A DNA stretch of 64,000 nucleotides from an uncultured bacterium (lineage in GTDB: Bacteria; Chloroflexota; UBA5177; JANWHV01): positions 32,001-96,000 of the forward strand of contig CAWHAE010000009.1 in the NCBI GenBank assembly GCA_963827235.1, given 5' to 3'. The notes under the pieces were generated by a model. That model had not been told where the DNA came from, made no database searches, and was given only the letters and a program-made list of their open reading frames with translations. The first letter of the stretch is position 1; each line of letters starts with the position of its first letter. Of the stretch, positions 19,803 to 29,601 are shown piece by piece. The translations under genes and the position numbers were made by a program.

Positions 19803-20780
19803 GTGCCAAAACCGCGCGTGTTCCTCACTCGAGAGCTGCCGTCCGAGGTCATGAAGGCGTTGCGCGAGCGATGCGAGCTGACCGCCAATATGCTGCCGCG
19901 CGCTCTGACCAAGGACGAGTTGATTACCGCTGCCACCGGGATGGACGGCCTGCTCTGCCTGCTCACCGACAATGTGGATGCCGACGTGCTCGACGTCCAG
20001 CCGCGGCTAAAAGTGGTGAGCAACTACGCCGTGGGCTTCAACAACGTGGACGTGGCGGCAGCCACCGCCAGAGGAATTCCCGTCACCAACACGCCCGGCG
20101 TGCTCACCGAGACGACCGCGGACTTTGCCTGGGCTCTGATGATGGCCGCGGCGCGGCGTGTGGCCGAGGGCGATCGCTTCACGCGGGAAGGGCGGTTCCA
20201 GCAGTGGGGGCCTATGTTGATGCTGGGCTCCGACGTGCACGGCAAGACGCTCGGCCTGGTCGGGGCCGGACGCATCGGCCAGGCAATGGCCCGCCGCGCC
20301 CGCGGTTTCGCCATGCACGTGCTCTACACGGATGTCGTCGAGCCACCGGCCGAGGTCGTCCGCGAGCTGCGGATGGAGCGCGTCTCGCTCGAAGAGCTGT
20401 TGCGCCGATCCGACTTCGTGTCGGTCCACGCGCCGTACAGCGCCGAGACACATCACCTGATCGGTGCGGCACAGCTCCACGCGATGCGACCGGGCGCCTT
20501 CCTGATCAACACGGCCCGAGGGCCGCTCGTCGACGAGCCGGCCCTCGTGGAAGCGCTGCGAAGCCATGATATAGCCGGAGCCGCGCTGGATGTCTACGAG
20601 CACGAACCGCTCCTTTCCCCCGGGCTGGCGGAGCTGGACAACGTCGTGCTGGCTCCCCACGCGGCCAGCGCTTCCCTGGAGACGCGCACGAAGATGGGCA
20701 TGGTGGCCGTAGACAACCTCATGGCCGTCCTGGAGGGCAGGCGGGCACCCTTCACCGTCAATCCCGAGGTATACGGATAG
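19803..20780 (+). CDS. D-glycerate dehydrogenase/glyoxylate reductase (D-2-hydroxyacid dehydrogenase)
   Basis: NYAVGFNNVD, TNTPGVLTETTAD, GAGRIG, NTARG, LDVYEHEP, LAPHAASA. Confidence 0.92.
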   Translation: MPKPRVFLTRELPSEVMKALRERCELTANMLPRALTKDELITAATGMDGLLCLLTDNVDADVLDVQPRLKVVSNYAVGFNNVDVAAATARGIPVTNTPGVLTETTADFAWALMMAAARRVAEGDRFTREGRFQQWGPMLMLGSDVHGKTLGLVGAGRIGQAMARRARGFAMHVLYTDVVEPPAEVVRELRMERVSLEELLRRSDFVSVHAPYSAETHHLIGAAQLHAMRPGAFLINTARGPLVDEPALVEALRSHDIAGAALDVYEHEPLLSPGLAELDNVVLAPHAASASLETRTKMGMVAVDNLMAVLEGRRAPFTVNPEVYG

Positions 20781-20913
20781 CCGCCGGCAGGCAGAGGCGG
20801 CCTCGCGTGGCCGTGGCGACGGCGGGAGAGACGGGACGGCGATCCGGGTCCCCGGGGCCGCAAGGAGCAGCCCCGGGGACAATTCCTCCTAGCCCACGGG
20901 CCGTGCCGGATTT

Positions 20914-21660
20914 CTAAACAGCGGCGGCAATGATCTGGCGGTCGTGGGTCGCTTCAATGCGGTGGCCCGGCGGTACGACAAGGAAATCGTCGTCCCATTC
21001 GCCGGTCAGCAGCCGGCGTACGAGCGTCATGTTCCCCTCGAGCTGCTCAAAACGCCAGCCGTATTTGGCAGCATCCTCCTGCGCCTGAGCGCGGTAGTGG
21101 GCATCCGGCGTCGATCCCATCTCGATGTACGCGGCGCGCTGATAATGCTGATGCCAGGCGCCCATCACCTCCAGCAGGTACTGGGCGTTGTCCTCGCCGT
21201 ACTTGGCTACCAGCGCTTCGTAGTCGTTGTCGATTCCCGTGGCCACGCCCATGGCTACGCGGTTGCCCTGTACGCTGCTGACACTCTGGCGCTCGAGATA
21301 GTCGTCGGAGTAGTAGTACGTGCCGGGCGTGGCGGCAAACTCGGCGTCATAGCGCTCCCGCGAGCCGAGATACACGGTGATGCAGTCGTGCGCGCGCGGT
21401 ACCGCGATGGGCACGCCCCGCGCCTGCAGGCCTTCAAGCGAACGATTGCACAGCCCGAACGCCAGCACGATGGCCTGATATGAGGCCGCGTCGACGGCGT
21501 CGATCTGGCGCTGAAGCTCCTCTCGAAGCAGGCGCGCCGTATTGTGCAGGCCCTGATCCACCAGCACCACGTCGATGATGTGCGGCGAGCTGGCGGCCTG
21601 CCGGTAAACCAAGCGCGCAAATACACTGCAGGAAATCACCTTGATACGCACGGATGCCAT
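20914..21660 (-). CDS. DUF1638-family protein
   Basis: ISC.VF, GLH..A..LREELQ..ID, FGLC, RAHDCI..LGS, KYGEDNA motifs. Confidence 0.8.
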   Translation of the reverse strand: MASVRIKVISCSVFARLVYRQAASSPHIIDVVLVDQGLHNTARLLREELQRQIDAVDAASYQAIVLAFGLCNRSLEGLQARGVPIAVPRAHDCITVYLGSRERYDAEFAATPGTYYYSDDYLERQSVSSVQGNRVAMGVATGIDNDYEALVAKYGEDNAQYLLEVMGAWHQHYQRAAYIEMGSTPDAHYRAQAQEDAAKYGWRFEQLEGNMTLVRRLLTGEWDDDFLVVPPGHRIEATHDRQIIAAAV

Positions 21661-21846
21661 TCCCCCACTTCCTGGACAAGTACTGTGATGGAAGATACCA
21701 GTCACGGTGCCGGTTTGGGCTATCTGGCTACCGCGGGAACAGGCTCCCCTATGATGCCTCCGCGGCGATGTCGTTCTGCGCCTGCCACTGGACGGCGATC
21801 CAGGCAACGGCTGCTGCCGCTTTCTCGTCCCGGGCTGCCGGCCGTC

Positions 21847-23871
21847 TCACACTTTCGCGCGATAGAACCAGATCGTGCCGGCTCGCCGTGGGAGCGTGAA
21901 CGTAAAGCCGCCGGACCGCAGCGCGGCTCCCGACAGCTCCCTCGTCTCACCTGTCTCGGCGTCGGTCAGCACGTAGTCGGTATCGGGCCGCGACACGTGC
22001 GGACGGACCGTGAGGCTTTCCTGCGCGCACTCGGTGTGGCGAATACCCTGCAGGAACCCGTCGCCCATCTCCGGCCGGTCAAACTGCCAGGCCACCCACG
22101 CTTCGGCGCTGCGGCCGAAGTCGGTGAGGGGATAGTAGTCGCCGTGTAGCATGGTGCCGGCAGCGCTCCGCCACACCTCCACCATCTTGATCGCCGTGGC
22201 AAAGTCGTACTTCTCGTCGCGGATGTCCATGGTGAGGAACAGCATCGGGCCCAGGCCGCAGTGGAATGAGAAGCTGTCGACCTGGGGATCGAAGCGCGCC
22301 TGCTCGCCCTGCTCGCTCATATCCCAGGAGAGCGTGACCTCCTTGAAATAGGGAATCCATTCAAAGAGGGTGTGGTGGAACGACAGCTTCACCGGATGAT
22401 TGCCATAACCATAGTCGGTATAGTGCAGCGGCACCGAGCGGCGCATGGTCTCGAGGTCGTTTCGCCGTCCGCCAGAGGAGCAAGAATCGATCCAGAGACC
22501 CGGGTTCCGCGCCAGCAGATCGTCCCAGAACTGCAGATACCCCTGCACGTGCAGGTTTTCATGCATGCCCTGGCGCTCTTCGGAGTCGTTGTCTCGCCAG
22601 TGGCGCAGCGGAGGAAAGTTGAAGTCCTGCCGGTAGATCTTGATCCCATTCTCTCGAATCAGCTTGCAGACGTGGTCGGTCAGCCACGAGCGACACTCGG
22701 GAATGCCGAGATTCAGCAGCGCGCTCTTGGCGGCCCAGTCGTCCGAGTCGGCAATCCGCAGCAGCCACTCGGGATGATTGTTGGCCAGCCAGGTGCCGGG
22801 CATCACTCGCTCGGGCTCGAACCACACCAGCAGGTCGATGCCGTTCTCAGTCGCGTGATCGGATATCGGCTTGAAGCCACGCGGGAAGCGCGCGGAGTCC
22901 GGCTCCCACGTCCCCGTGCGCACCCATCTCCTCTCTCCCTGCTCGGTAAAGCAGGGGTACCAGCCGGCGTCGATCCACCAGACGTCCAGGTCAAACCCTT
23001 TGTTCCTGTAGGCATCCATGTAGCGGATCTGGTTCTCCTCCGTGGCCGCGGTGAACTCTTCCCCTTCGTCGGTACCGGCGCCGACGAGCTTGGGCTGAAG
23101 AGGCCTGCCATTCGGCCTGGGCAGCACGTGCTCCAGATACCATCGGCGCCACAGGTTGACCGCCCGCGTACCGTCGGACGTCCAGGACAGCAGCGTCACG
23201 CGCGGAGTGCGTATCTTCTCGCCCGGCAAGAGACGCAGGTGGGTCAGCTCCTGCCCCACCCGCACGTGCACGCCGTCGGCAGTGGCGTCAAAGCCGGCCT
23301 TCCACTGAGCCGGCCAGCCCACGGCCAGCGTCAGTCCGCGGCCCTCGAACTGGACGCGATAGTATGGAAAGGCGCCGTCACAGGGGCGGCCGCCGGTGGG
23401 CGCGAACGACCGGCTTTCGCCGGCCTGCAGAGCATCCCGCTCCGGCAAGTAGCCGTCCTCGCTGTAGAAATCGCCGTTGCAGTGGTAGAGGACGGGCGAG
23501 GAGCCGGCAAACGCGGCGTCGAGCGCGAGCACGTCGCTGATCAAGGGCGTGGGCCCGTTGCCCGTGTTGGACAGCCACGCCGTCCACTCCACCACCGGAT
23601 AGTCCTGGTAGGTCAGACATTCGACGCGCAGCCGCAGGCCGGTCTCGGGATCGGTTCCTTCGTAGATCGTTTCGACGATATTGGCGTCGATGCGACGCCT
23701 CGCGGAGGCGGGAGACCACTGCGGAGGTATGCCCCGGATTGCCTTCTCGCCATAGCGGAAGGAGACGGGCAGGTTTCCGGGGGTCGACAGGATAGGGTCA
23801 CTCCAGGCGCGACAGAGCACCATGTCTTCGGCGATAGTTCCGGGCGACGTGTATTCCGGCTTCACGGCCAC
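21847..23871 (-). CDS. Alpha-galactosidase-like glycoside hydrolase (GH36/clan D)
   Basis: WWIDAGW, LLVWFEPE, IYRQDFN, IDSCSSGGRRND motifs; RBS GGAGG. Confidence 0.85.
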   Translation of the reverse strand: MAVKPEYTSPGTIAEDMVLCRAWSDPILSTPGNLPVSFRYGEKAIRGIPPQWSPASARRRIDANIVETIYEGTDPETGLRLRVECLTYQDYPVVEWTAWLSNTGNGPTPLISDVLALDAAFAGSSPVLYHCNGDFYSEDGYLPERDALQAGESRSFAPTGGRPCDGAFPYYRVQFEGRGLTLAVGWPAQWKAGFDATADGVHVRVGQELTHLRLLPGEKIRTPRVTLLSWTSDGTRAVNLWRRWYLEHVLPRPNGRPLQPKLVGAGTDEGEEFTAATEENQIRYMDAYRNKGFDLDVWWIDAGWYPCFTEQGERRWVRTGTWEPDSARFPRGFKPISDHATENGIDLLVWFEPERVMPGTWLANNHPEWLLRIADSDDWAAKSALLNLGIPECRSWLTDHVCKLIRENGIKIYRQDFNFPPLRHWRDNDSEERQGMHENLHVQGYLQFWDDLLARNPGLWIDSCSSGGRRNDLETMRRSVPLHYTDYGYGNHPVKLSFHHTLFEWIPYFKEVTLSWDMSEQGEQARFDPQVDSFSFHCGLGPMLFLTMDIRDEKYDFATAIKMVEVWRSAAGTMLHGDYYPLTDFGRSAEAWVAWQFDRPEMGDGFLQGIRHTECAQESLTVRPHVSRPDTDYVLTDAETGETRELSGAALRSGGFTFTLPRRAGTIWFYRAKV

Positions 23872-24025
23872 GTTCCTCCTGATCTACATCCAGGACGTGC
23901 CGGCGCCGGCCTCTGCTTGGCCAATCCCGCGAGCGGCATTGCGCCTGCAGGAATAACATGGCCTGCGCGCTGGCGTGCGGTCGGTCTCGGCCTCACAACG
24001 CGCGCCGAGATCCAGCCTTACCTAT

Positions 24026-24070
24026 TGTAGACTTCCCGCCGGCGCACGTGTAGACTGTATATTGTCTACA
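24026..24070. promoter_or_regulatory. Palindromic operator TGTAGAC-N8-GTCTACA plus extra half-site upstream of the alpha-galactosidase
   Basis: TGTAGACtgtatattGTCTACA at 24049-24070; TGTAGAC at 24026-24032. Confidence 0.6.
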
Positions 24071-24512
24071 GTGCCACCTGAAACTGGAAGGCAAGAGGGC
24101 GCTCGTGGCGCTCACAGTCCGGCGTTTCGTCAGTCCGGTTGGCGATCGGGTCTCGCGCCACCGCGATCCGCGACGATCGCGCCTGGGGAGTTGCACAGCC
24201 GGCAAGCGCGTTGGGGCTGAGCTCTCTATCGAGCCTGGGTGATTCGGCAAGTTCGTGCGACACGTGAAGCCCCGCCGTGGCCGGCGAGGCGCCTCATCTC
24301 CTGGCCTGGATGCCGAAGTCATGTCGCCTAGCCTAACGGCAAACCACACCGGGACCCACGGTGACGACGAGTGCATCGAAGGCGCACACCATGCCCACGA
24401 TTTGTCGTGGGGAGGCTCATGGCCCGCCAGGCGCGGAGTTCACTCCGCCCCCTGCGAGCTCCGTCTTGGCCTGAGTGCAGGTGCATCTCGGCAAGACTTG
24501 CCGGATGCGCCA

Positions 24513-24713
24513 CTACGTCTCGGCCAGCCGCGGTCCCGTGACCTCGCAGCATAGTGCGCCGATGTGATTTCGGCCGCTGTGCTTGGCGCTCTCGGCGGCC
24601 TCGTCGGCTGCTGCTTCGAGAGCCCGCCTGCGCCGAGCGGAACGCCTGGCATCTCGCATCAGGTCTTCGTGCGCGGCGTGTGAAAGGTTGCTGAAAGCAC
24701 TGGGATTGAACAT
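24513..24713 (-). CDS. Small hypothetical protein (66 aa)
   Basis: RBS-like GAAGGA; helical HEDLMRDARRSARRRRA pattern; downstream of PadR remnant. Confidence 0.5.
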   Translation of the reverse strand: MFNPSAFSNLSHAAHEDLMRDARRSARRRRALEAAADEAAESAKHSGRNHIGALCCEVTGPRLAET

Positions 24714-24949
24714 CTACTCTCGTCCTTCGCAGTTGTGGATATGACGGCTGTCGTGCGCCCTCTTGGCCGGTGCACCATCGTTCCCTATTCTGCGCTCGAT
24801 GCCGGATGCATCCCATGTGCGAGGCACGCAGGCGCTAACGTATCCGCTAACGCAATTCGCGCTAGATGTGCGCCCACTGGAACCGCGTTGGCGTGCCAAC
24901 GCATTTGCCTCCACCGAAGCTGTATCCACGTCCGGCAGTGATTGCACCC

Positions 24950-25178
24950 AACGCAGGGTGACGGCGTGAACGTCGCCGCGGCCGGCCCGGTGACCGCCGC
25001 TGTTGCCGAAGTAGCGATGCCTGCCGAAGCGCTCCGGTCCGCCAAGGCGCATCCTCGGCGCCATGACGTGTGGTGGAGCCTCCTTGGGCGGGAAGCCGTA
25101 GGTCTCGCCAGAGCCGGGGCCGGCTCGATCGAAGCGGTGCATCCGCTCCCCGAAGTGCCCGTGTCCGAATCCGTGCAT
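24950..25178 (-). pseudogene. N-terminal remnant of PadR-family regulator
   Basis: RBS GGAGG; His/Gly/Phe-rich leader ending in RAGRGDVHAV (cf. PadR RxxRGDVRxA), then loses similarity; no wHTH. Confidence 0.55.
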
Positions 25179-25232
25179 TGTCTCGTTACCTCCGATGGTT
25201 TGGAATGTCTGATCGAGCGCTCTATAACTATC

Positions 25233-25244
25233 TCGATATATCGA
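25233..25244. promoter_or_regulatory. PadR-type palindromic operator
   Basis: Perfect palindrome TCGATATATCGA about 55 bp upstream of the PadR remnant. Confidence 0.55.
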
Positions 25245-25761
25245 TGATATACCTGGACTGCGTCCCGGTCAAGCCCCCACCGGCGCGCATTTTGTAAGCA
25301 TTGTCACCGCGGGCTGCTTTCGCCCGGTTGTGATCCCCAGGCCGCGGTCCGCTATCTCGTTCTCGGCCGGGCAGAGCACCGGAGTCAGAACGACGCGGGA
25401 ACTGGGTGCTCTGCCGTCGCGCATGCCGGCGGCGACCTGCTGCTGATCGCGCCATCGTAGGCACTGCCGCTCAGTCTCCTATCCGTGTGCCATAGCGCGA
25501 CCGCGACAATGAGGAGCCCACCGGCCGCTGCACCGGCGTTGAAACAGAGCCGATTCCGGCGCCGCTACTGACTACCCCGGTGCAGAGCGCCGTGCATGCA
25601 TCGGCCCGACGAGTGCAATTCGCCCGTGGTGGCTGAAACACGGCGCGGGACATGCGGAACCCGCGTAACCCGCGAATTCACGGATGCCGTGCGTTCTCTC
25701 GTCCCCACCACGGTGCCCGCCCATCCGCTATAAGCGCATGGGCGACGGTCTGGCGGTGTCG

Positions 25762-26739
25762 CTACTCGGCGAGCAGGTCGCGCAAGGCGGCGACGACCTG
25801 GGGGCAGTCGGGCACGATGGAGCGCTCCAGGGGCGGGCTGTAGGGCACCACGGTGAAGGTGCCGTTGAGCCGGTGCACGGGCGCATCCAGGTCGTCAAAG
25901 CCGCGGGCCGTCACCTGGGCGGCAATCTCGGCCCCGATGCCGCAGGGGGCATAGGTCTCGTCCACCACCAGCAGCCGGCCCGTCTTGTGCACCGAGGCCA
26001 GGATGCTCTCGATGTCCAGCGGGGCCAGGGTGCGCGGGTCCAGCACCTCCACCGAGACCGCTTCCCGGGCCAGCGCCTCGGCCGCCTGCACGGCCAGCGG
26101 CACCATCGAGCCCACCGCCACCACCGTGGCCTGGCTGCCCGGCCGCACCACCGCCGCCCGGCCGAAGGGGATCAGCTCCTCCTCCTCGGGCACCGGCCCC
26201 TTGCTGTTCAGCAGGGTGCGCGGCTCCATGAACACCACCGGGTCGTCGCAGCGAATGGCCGTCTTGAGCAGGCCCTTGGCGTCCCGGGGCGTGCTGGGCA
26301 CCACCACGCGAAAGCCGGGCAGCTGGGTGAACAGGGGATAGTAGTTGCCGGTGTGATGGGCGCCCGAGGAGTCGCCAATGCCGATGCAGCCCCGCAGCAC
26401 GATGGGCATGGTGAGCCGGCCGTCGCTCATGTACTGCACCTTGGCCGTCTGGTTGACCAGCTCCCCGATGCCGTCCAGGGCAAAGTCGAAGAACATGTAG
26501 TCCACCACCGGCCGGCTGCCCGTCATCGCCGCCCCCGTGCACAGCCCCGTGAAGCCCCGCTCGCTGATCGGCGTGTCGCGCAGCCGCTCGGCGCCATAGA
26601 GCGCGAACAGGCCCAGCGTGGTGCCGAAGTTGCCGCCCCGGCTGCCGATCCCTTCGCCCACCACGAACACCGTGGCATCGCGCGCCATCTCCTCGGCCAG
26701 CCCTTCGCGCGCCGCCGCCGCATAGGTCATCTCTCGCAT
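25762..26739 (-). CDS. 2-oxoacid/acetoin dehydrogenase E1 beta subunit
   Basis: VVGEGI, RDTPISE, DAKGLLKTAIRCDDPV.F.E, SVHKTGRL. Confidence 0.93.
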   Translation of the reverse strand: MREMTYAAAAREGLAEEMARDATVFVVGEGIGSRGGNFGTTLGLFALYGAERLRDTPISERGFTGLCTGAAMTGSRPVVDYMFFDFALDGIGELVNQTAKVQYMSDGRLTMPIVLRGCIGIGDSSGAHHTGNYYPLFTQLPGFRVVVPSTPRDAKGLLKTAIRCDDPVVFMEPRTLLNSKGPVPEEEELIPFGRAAVVRPGSQATVVAVGSMVPLAVQAAEALAREAVSVEVLDPRTLAPLDIESILASVHKTGRLLVVDETYAPCGIGAEIAAQVTARGFDDLDAPVHRLNGTFTVVPYSPPLERSIVPDCPQVVAALRDLLAE

Positions 26740-26761
26740 GGCTCGCACCCCCACCGCCCTC

Positions 26762-27760
26762 TCAGGCCTCGCTATAGACGTGCCGGGTCGCCGTGCCGAC
26801 CTCCGGCCAGGCACTCTGGGTGGCAAAGGTCACCGCCTCGGCCACCTCCGCCTGCACCGCCGCCTCCAGCGCCTCCAGCTCGTCTGCCGTCGCCTGCCCC
26901 TGCTCCAGCAGCCGCGTGCGCAGCCGCTGCACCGGACAGCGCGCCCGCCAGGACGCCACCTCGTCCCGCGTGCGATAGCCCGAGTCGCTCATCCCTTCCG
27001 AGTGCGGCCGCGTGCGGTAGGTCAGGCATTCCAGCAGGCTGGGCCCTTCCCCGGCCCGCGCCCGCGCCACCGCCTCCCCCGCCGCCTGGTAGACCGCCAC
27101 CACGTCGTTGCCGTCCAGCCGCAGCCCCGGCAGCCCGTAGCCGCCGGCCCGCTCGGCCACCACCGGGTTGCCCGACACGCTGGCGAAGGGCACCTCGGTG
27201 GCATACAGGTTGTTCTCGCACACGTACACCACCGGCAGCTTCCAGGCCGCCGCCATGTTCAGCCCTTCGTGGAAGGCGCCGTTGTTGGCCGCCCCGTCGC
27301 CGAAGAAGGCCACGCTCACCAGGTCCGTCTTGCGCAGCTGGAAGGAGTAGGCCGCCCCGGTGGCCATCAGGATGCTCGGCCCCACGATGCCGCTGGTGCC
27401 CAGCACCCCCACCTCGGGCGCGAACAGGTGCATGCTGCCCCCGCGCCCGTGCGAGACCCCGGTCACCTTGCCGAACAGCTCCGCCACCAGGGCCCGCGGC
27501 GCCACCCCTTTGGCCAGGGCATGCCCGTGCCCCCGGTGCGTGCTCAAGATCACGTCATCCGGCCGCAGGTGGGCACACACCCCGCTGGCCACCGCCTCTT
27601 CCCCGATGTAGGTGTGGCAGGCCCCCGGGATCAGCCCCGCCTGGTGCGAGCGCGCCAACTGCTCCTCGCAGCGGCGGATCAGCACCATCTGCCGGTACAG
27701 GGCCAGCAGCCGGTCCTTGTCCACCACCGCCGCCGCCTGCCCCGCCATCTGTGTCACCAT
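26762..27760 (-). CDS. 2-oxoacid/acetoin dehydrogenase E1 alpha subunit (TPP-dependent)
   Basis: HTYIGEEA, STHRGHGH, GRGGSMH, FFGDGA..N.GAFHE.LN, ENN.YA. Confidence 0.93.
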   Translation of the reverse strand: MVTQMAGQAAAVVDKDRLLALYRQMVLIRRCEEQLARSHQAGLIPGACHTYIGEEAVASGVCAHLRPDDVILSTHRGHGHALAKGVAPRALVAELFGKVTGVSHGRGGSMHLFAPEVGVLGTSGIVGPSILMATGAAYSFQLRKTDLVSVAFFGDGAANNGAFHEGLNMAAAWKLPVVYVCENNLYATEVPFASVSGNPVVAERAGGYGLPGLRLDGNDVVAVYQAAGEAVARARAGEGPSLLECLTYRTRPHSEGMSDSGYRTRDEVASWRARCPVQRLRTRLLEQGQATADELEALEAAVQAEVAEAVTFATQSAWPEVGTATRHVYSEA

Positions 27761-27792
27761 ACGGCTCGTTCCTTTCCCGTGCCGCGCCGGCC

Positions 27793-29130
27793 CTAGCGCA
27801 CCAGCCAGAGCGTCGGCCGCTCGATGAACTCCTTCACCCGCCGCAGAAAGCGGGCCGCCGGCGCGCCATCGACCAGCCGATGGTCAAACGTCAGGCTCAG
27901 GGCCAGCATCTTGCGCGCCGCCAGGGTGCCGCGCTCCTCGTCCACCACCACCGCCCGGGCCACGATGCGCCCCACACCCAGAATGGCACACTCGGGCAGG
28001 TTGATGATCGGCGTGAAGGCGTCCACCTCGTACATGCCCAGGTTGCTGATCGTGAACGTGCCCCCGTGCAGGTCCTGGGCCGTCAGGCGCCCGCTGCGCG
28101 CCGCCGCGATCAGCGCCGCCGACTGCGCGGCGATGCGGCGCACCGACAGGGCGCCCACGTCCCGCAGCACCGGGGCCAGCAGGCCGCGCTCCGTGTCCAC
28201 CGCCAGCCCGATGTTGACCGTGCCGTGCTGCACGATCGTCTCCCCCTCCAGCGAGGCGTTCAGCGCCGGATGCTCGCCCAGGGCCAGGGCCACCAGCCGT
28301 GCCAGCAGGTCGTTGTAGGACACCGCTCCCTCCCCCGCCGCCGCCCCCTCCGCGTTGATCGCCTGCCGCAGCGCCACCAGGGCCGTCGCCTCCGCCTCCG
28401 TGGTCAGGGTCACCGGCGCCACCGTGTGCGCGCTGGCGCTCAGCCGCTCGGCAATCAGCCGCCGCACCCCGCCGACCCGCGCGCTCGCTGCCTCGGCGAC
28501 CGGCGCCGCCCCCTCGGCCGCCTGCGCCACGTCGGCCCGGGTCAGCCGCCGCCCGCCCGTGCTGGCCGCCAGCGCCGCCACGTCCACCCCGGCCTCGCGC
28601 GCCAGCCGCCTCGCCAGCGGCGTCACCCGTGCCGCCGGCTGCTCCGCCGCCGCCCGCACGTCGCGCTCCACGATGCGGCCCGACTGCCCGCTGCCCTGCA
28701 ACGGCCGCCAGTCCACCCCCAGCTCCCGCGCCACCCGCCGGGCCCGCGGACTGGCCGCTGCCGCCTCGCGCGTCTGGGCCGGCAGCCTCGTGTCCCCGCT
28801 CGGGCCGGCGACCGGTGCCTGGGCGCTCTCGGCCGCTGCCGGCCGGTCGACCGCCTCGGGCTGGCTGGGGCCGGGCAGGGCCTCGCCGGGAGCGAGCAGG
28901 TAGCCCAGCACGGTGCCCACCGGCACCACCATGCCCACCGGCGGGCAGCCGGGCGCGATGCGCAGGATGCCGCGGTCGATGGACTCCACTTCGGTGACCA
29001 CCTTGTCCCCTTCGACCAGGCAGACCACGTCGCCGACCTCGACCTGCTCGCCGTCCTGCTTGCTCCACTCCACCAGGCTGGCTTCATTGCCGCCCCAGCC
29101 GAGCCGGGGCATCACGATGTCTACCGCCAT
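27793..29130 (-). CDS. Dihydrolipoamide acyltransferase E2
   Basis: Lipoyl domain (VEGDKV), two peripheral-subunit-binding repeats (ASPRARR.., VTPLARR..), catalytic FDHRLVDG. Confidence 0.93.
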   Translation of the reverse strand: MAVDIVMPRLGWGGNEASLVEWSKQDGEQVEVGDVVCLVEGDKVVTEVESIDRGILRIAPGCPPVGMVVPVGTVLGYLLAPGEALPGPSQPEAVDRPAAAESAQAPVAGPSGDTRLPAQTREAAAASPRARRVARELGVDWRPLQGSGQSGRIVERDVRAAAEQPAARVTPLARRLAREAGVDVAALAASTGGRRLTRADVAQAAEGAAPVAEAASARVGGVRRLIAERLSASAHTVAPVTLTTEAEATALVALRQAINAEGAAAGEGAVSYNDLLARLVALALGEHPALNASLEGETIVQHGTVNIGLAVDTERGLLAPVLRDVGALSVRRIAAQSAALIAAARSGRLTAQDLHGGTFTISNLGMYEVDAFTPIINLPECAILGVGRIVARAVVVDEERGTLAARKMLALSLTFDHRLVDGAPAARFLRRVKEFIERPTLWLVR

Positions 29131-29180
29131 CTCGCCACCCTCGTCGTCCTGCCCCTCGCCCCACCGCGCCTGCACGCCCC

Positions 29181-29225
29181 GGCAACATCAGTCAACAGTA
29201 TACACAGCGCTACCGCCCGGTGCAA
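29181..29225 (-). promoter_or_regulatory. Sigma70-type promoter of the E2-E1a-E1b operon with overlapping TGTTGAC operator
   Basis: TTGCAC-17bp-TATACT on the minus strand, followed directly by TGTTGAC-N3-TGTTGCC. Confidence 0.7.
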
Positions 29226-29437
29226 TGCCACCCCCTGCTGCCCGGCGCCGCACCCACGCGCTCGCTCGCCACGGCACGCGCGGTGACCGTGGTCGCAGGA
29301 GGCGGCCATGACCACGGGCGCACCGCTCCCGCCGGGCGAGCACGGCTGTTCTCCCCGGCGAACCGCTCCGCCATCCCGGCCGGCCCGCCCGCTACCCGAA
29401 CGAGGTACCGAGGGCCGGCCGGACGCTCGCCGCGCGG

Positions 29438-29516
29438 CTAGCCGGGCAGGTGCATGCTCACCGTCAGCCCGCCGTCCGCGAACAGCACGGCGCCCGTCAC
29501 GTACGAGGCGCGCTCC
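29438..29516 (-). pseudogene. C-terminal remnant of short-chain dehydrogenase (SDR)
   Basis: RASYVTGAVLFADGG is the SDR C-terminal signature; nothing upstream in frame. Confidence 0.65.
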
Positions 29517-29601
29517 CGGTGCAACCGCAAGCGACGTGCTCTGATCTCTCCCGCCGTGCGGCGGGCCGTGGCCGGGCATCTGCCCGAGCCGCCGGAAGCC
29601 G

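Noticed and set aside
25370-25415. 11-bp inverted repeat GGCAGAGCACC..GGTGCTCTGCC
   Set aside because: Large loop, no U-tract and single copy; no function can be assigned
25684-29286. 1200-aa plus-strand ORF, and similar long ORFs such as 30614-32689, 22372-24030, 18286-19809 and 58706-60286
   Set aside because: Antisense shadows of well-supported genes in very GC-rich DNA; low-complexity translations without motifs
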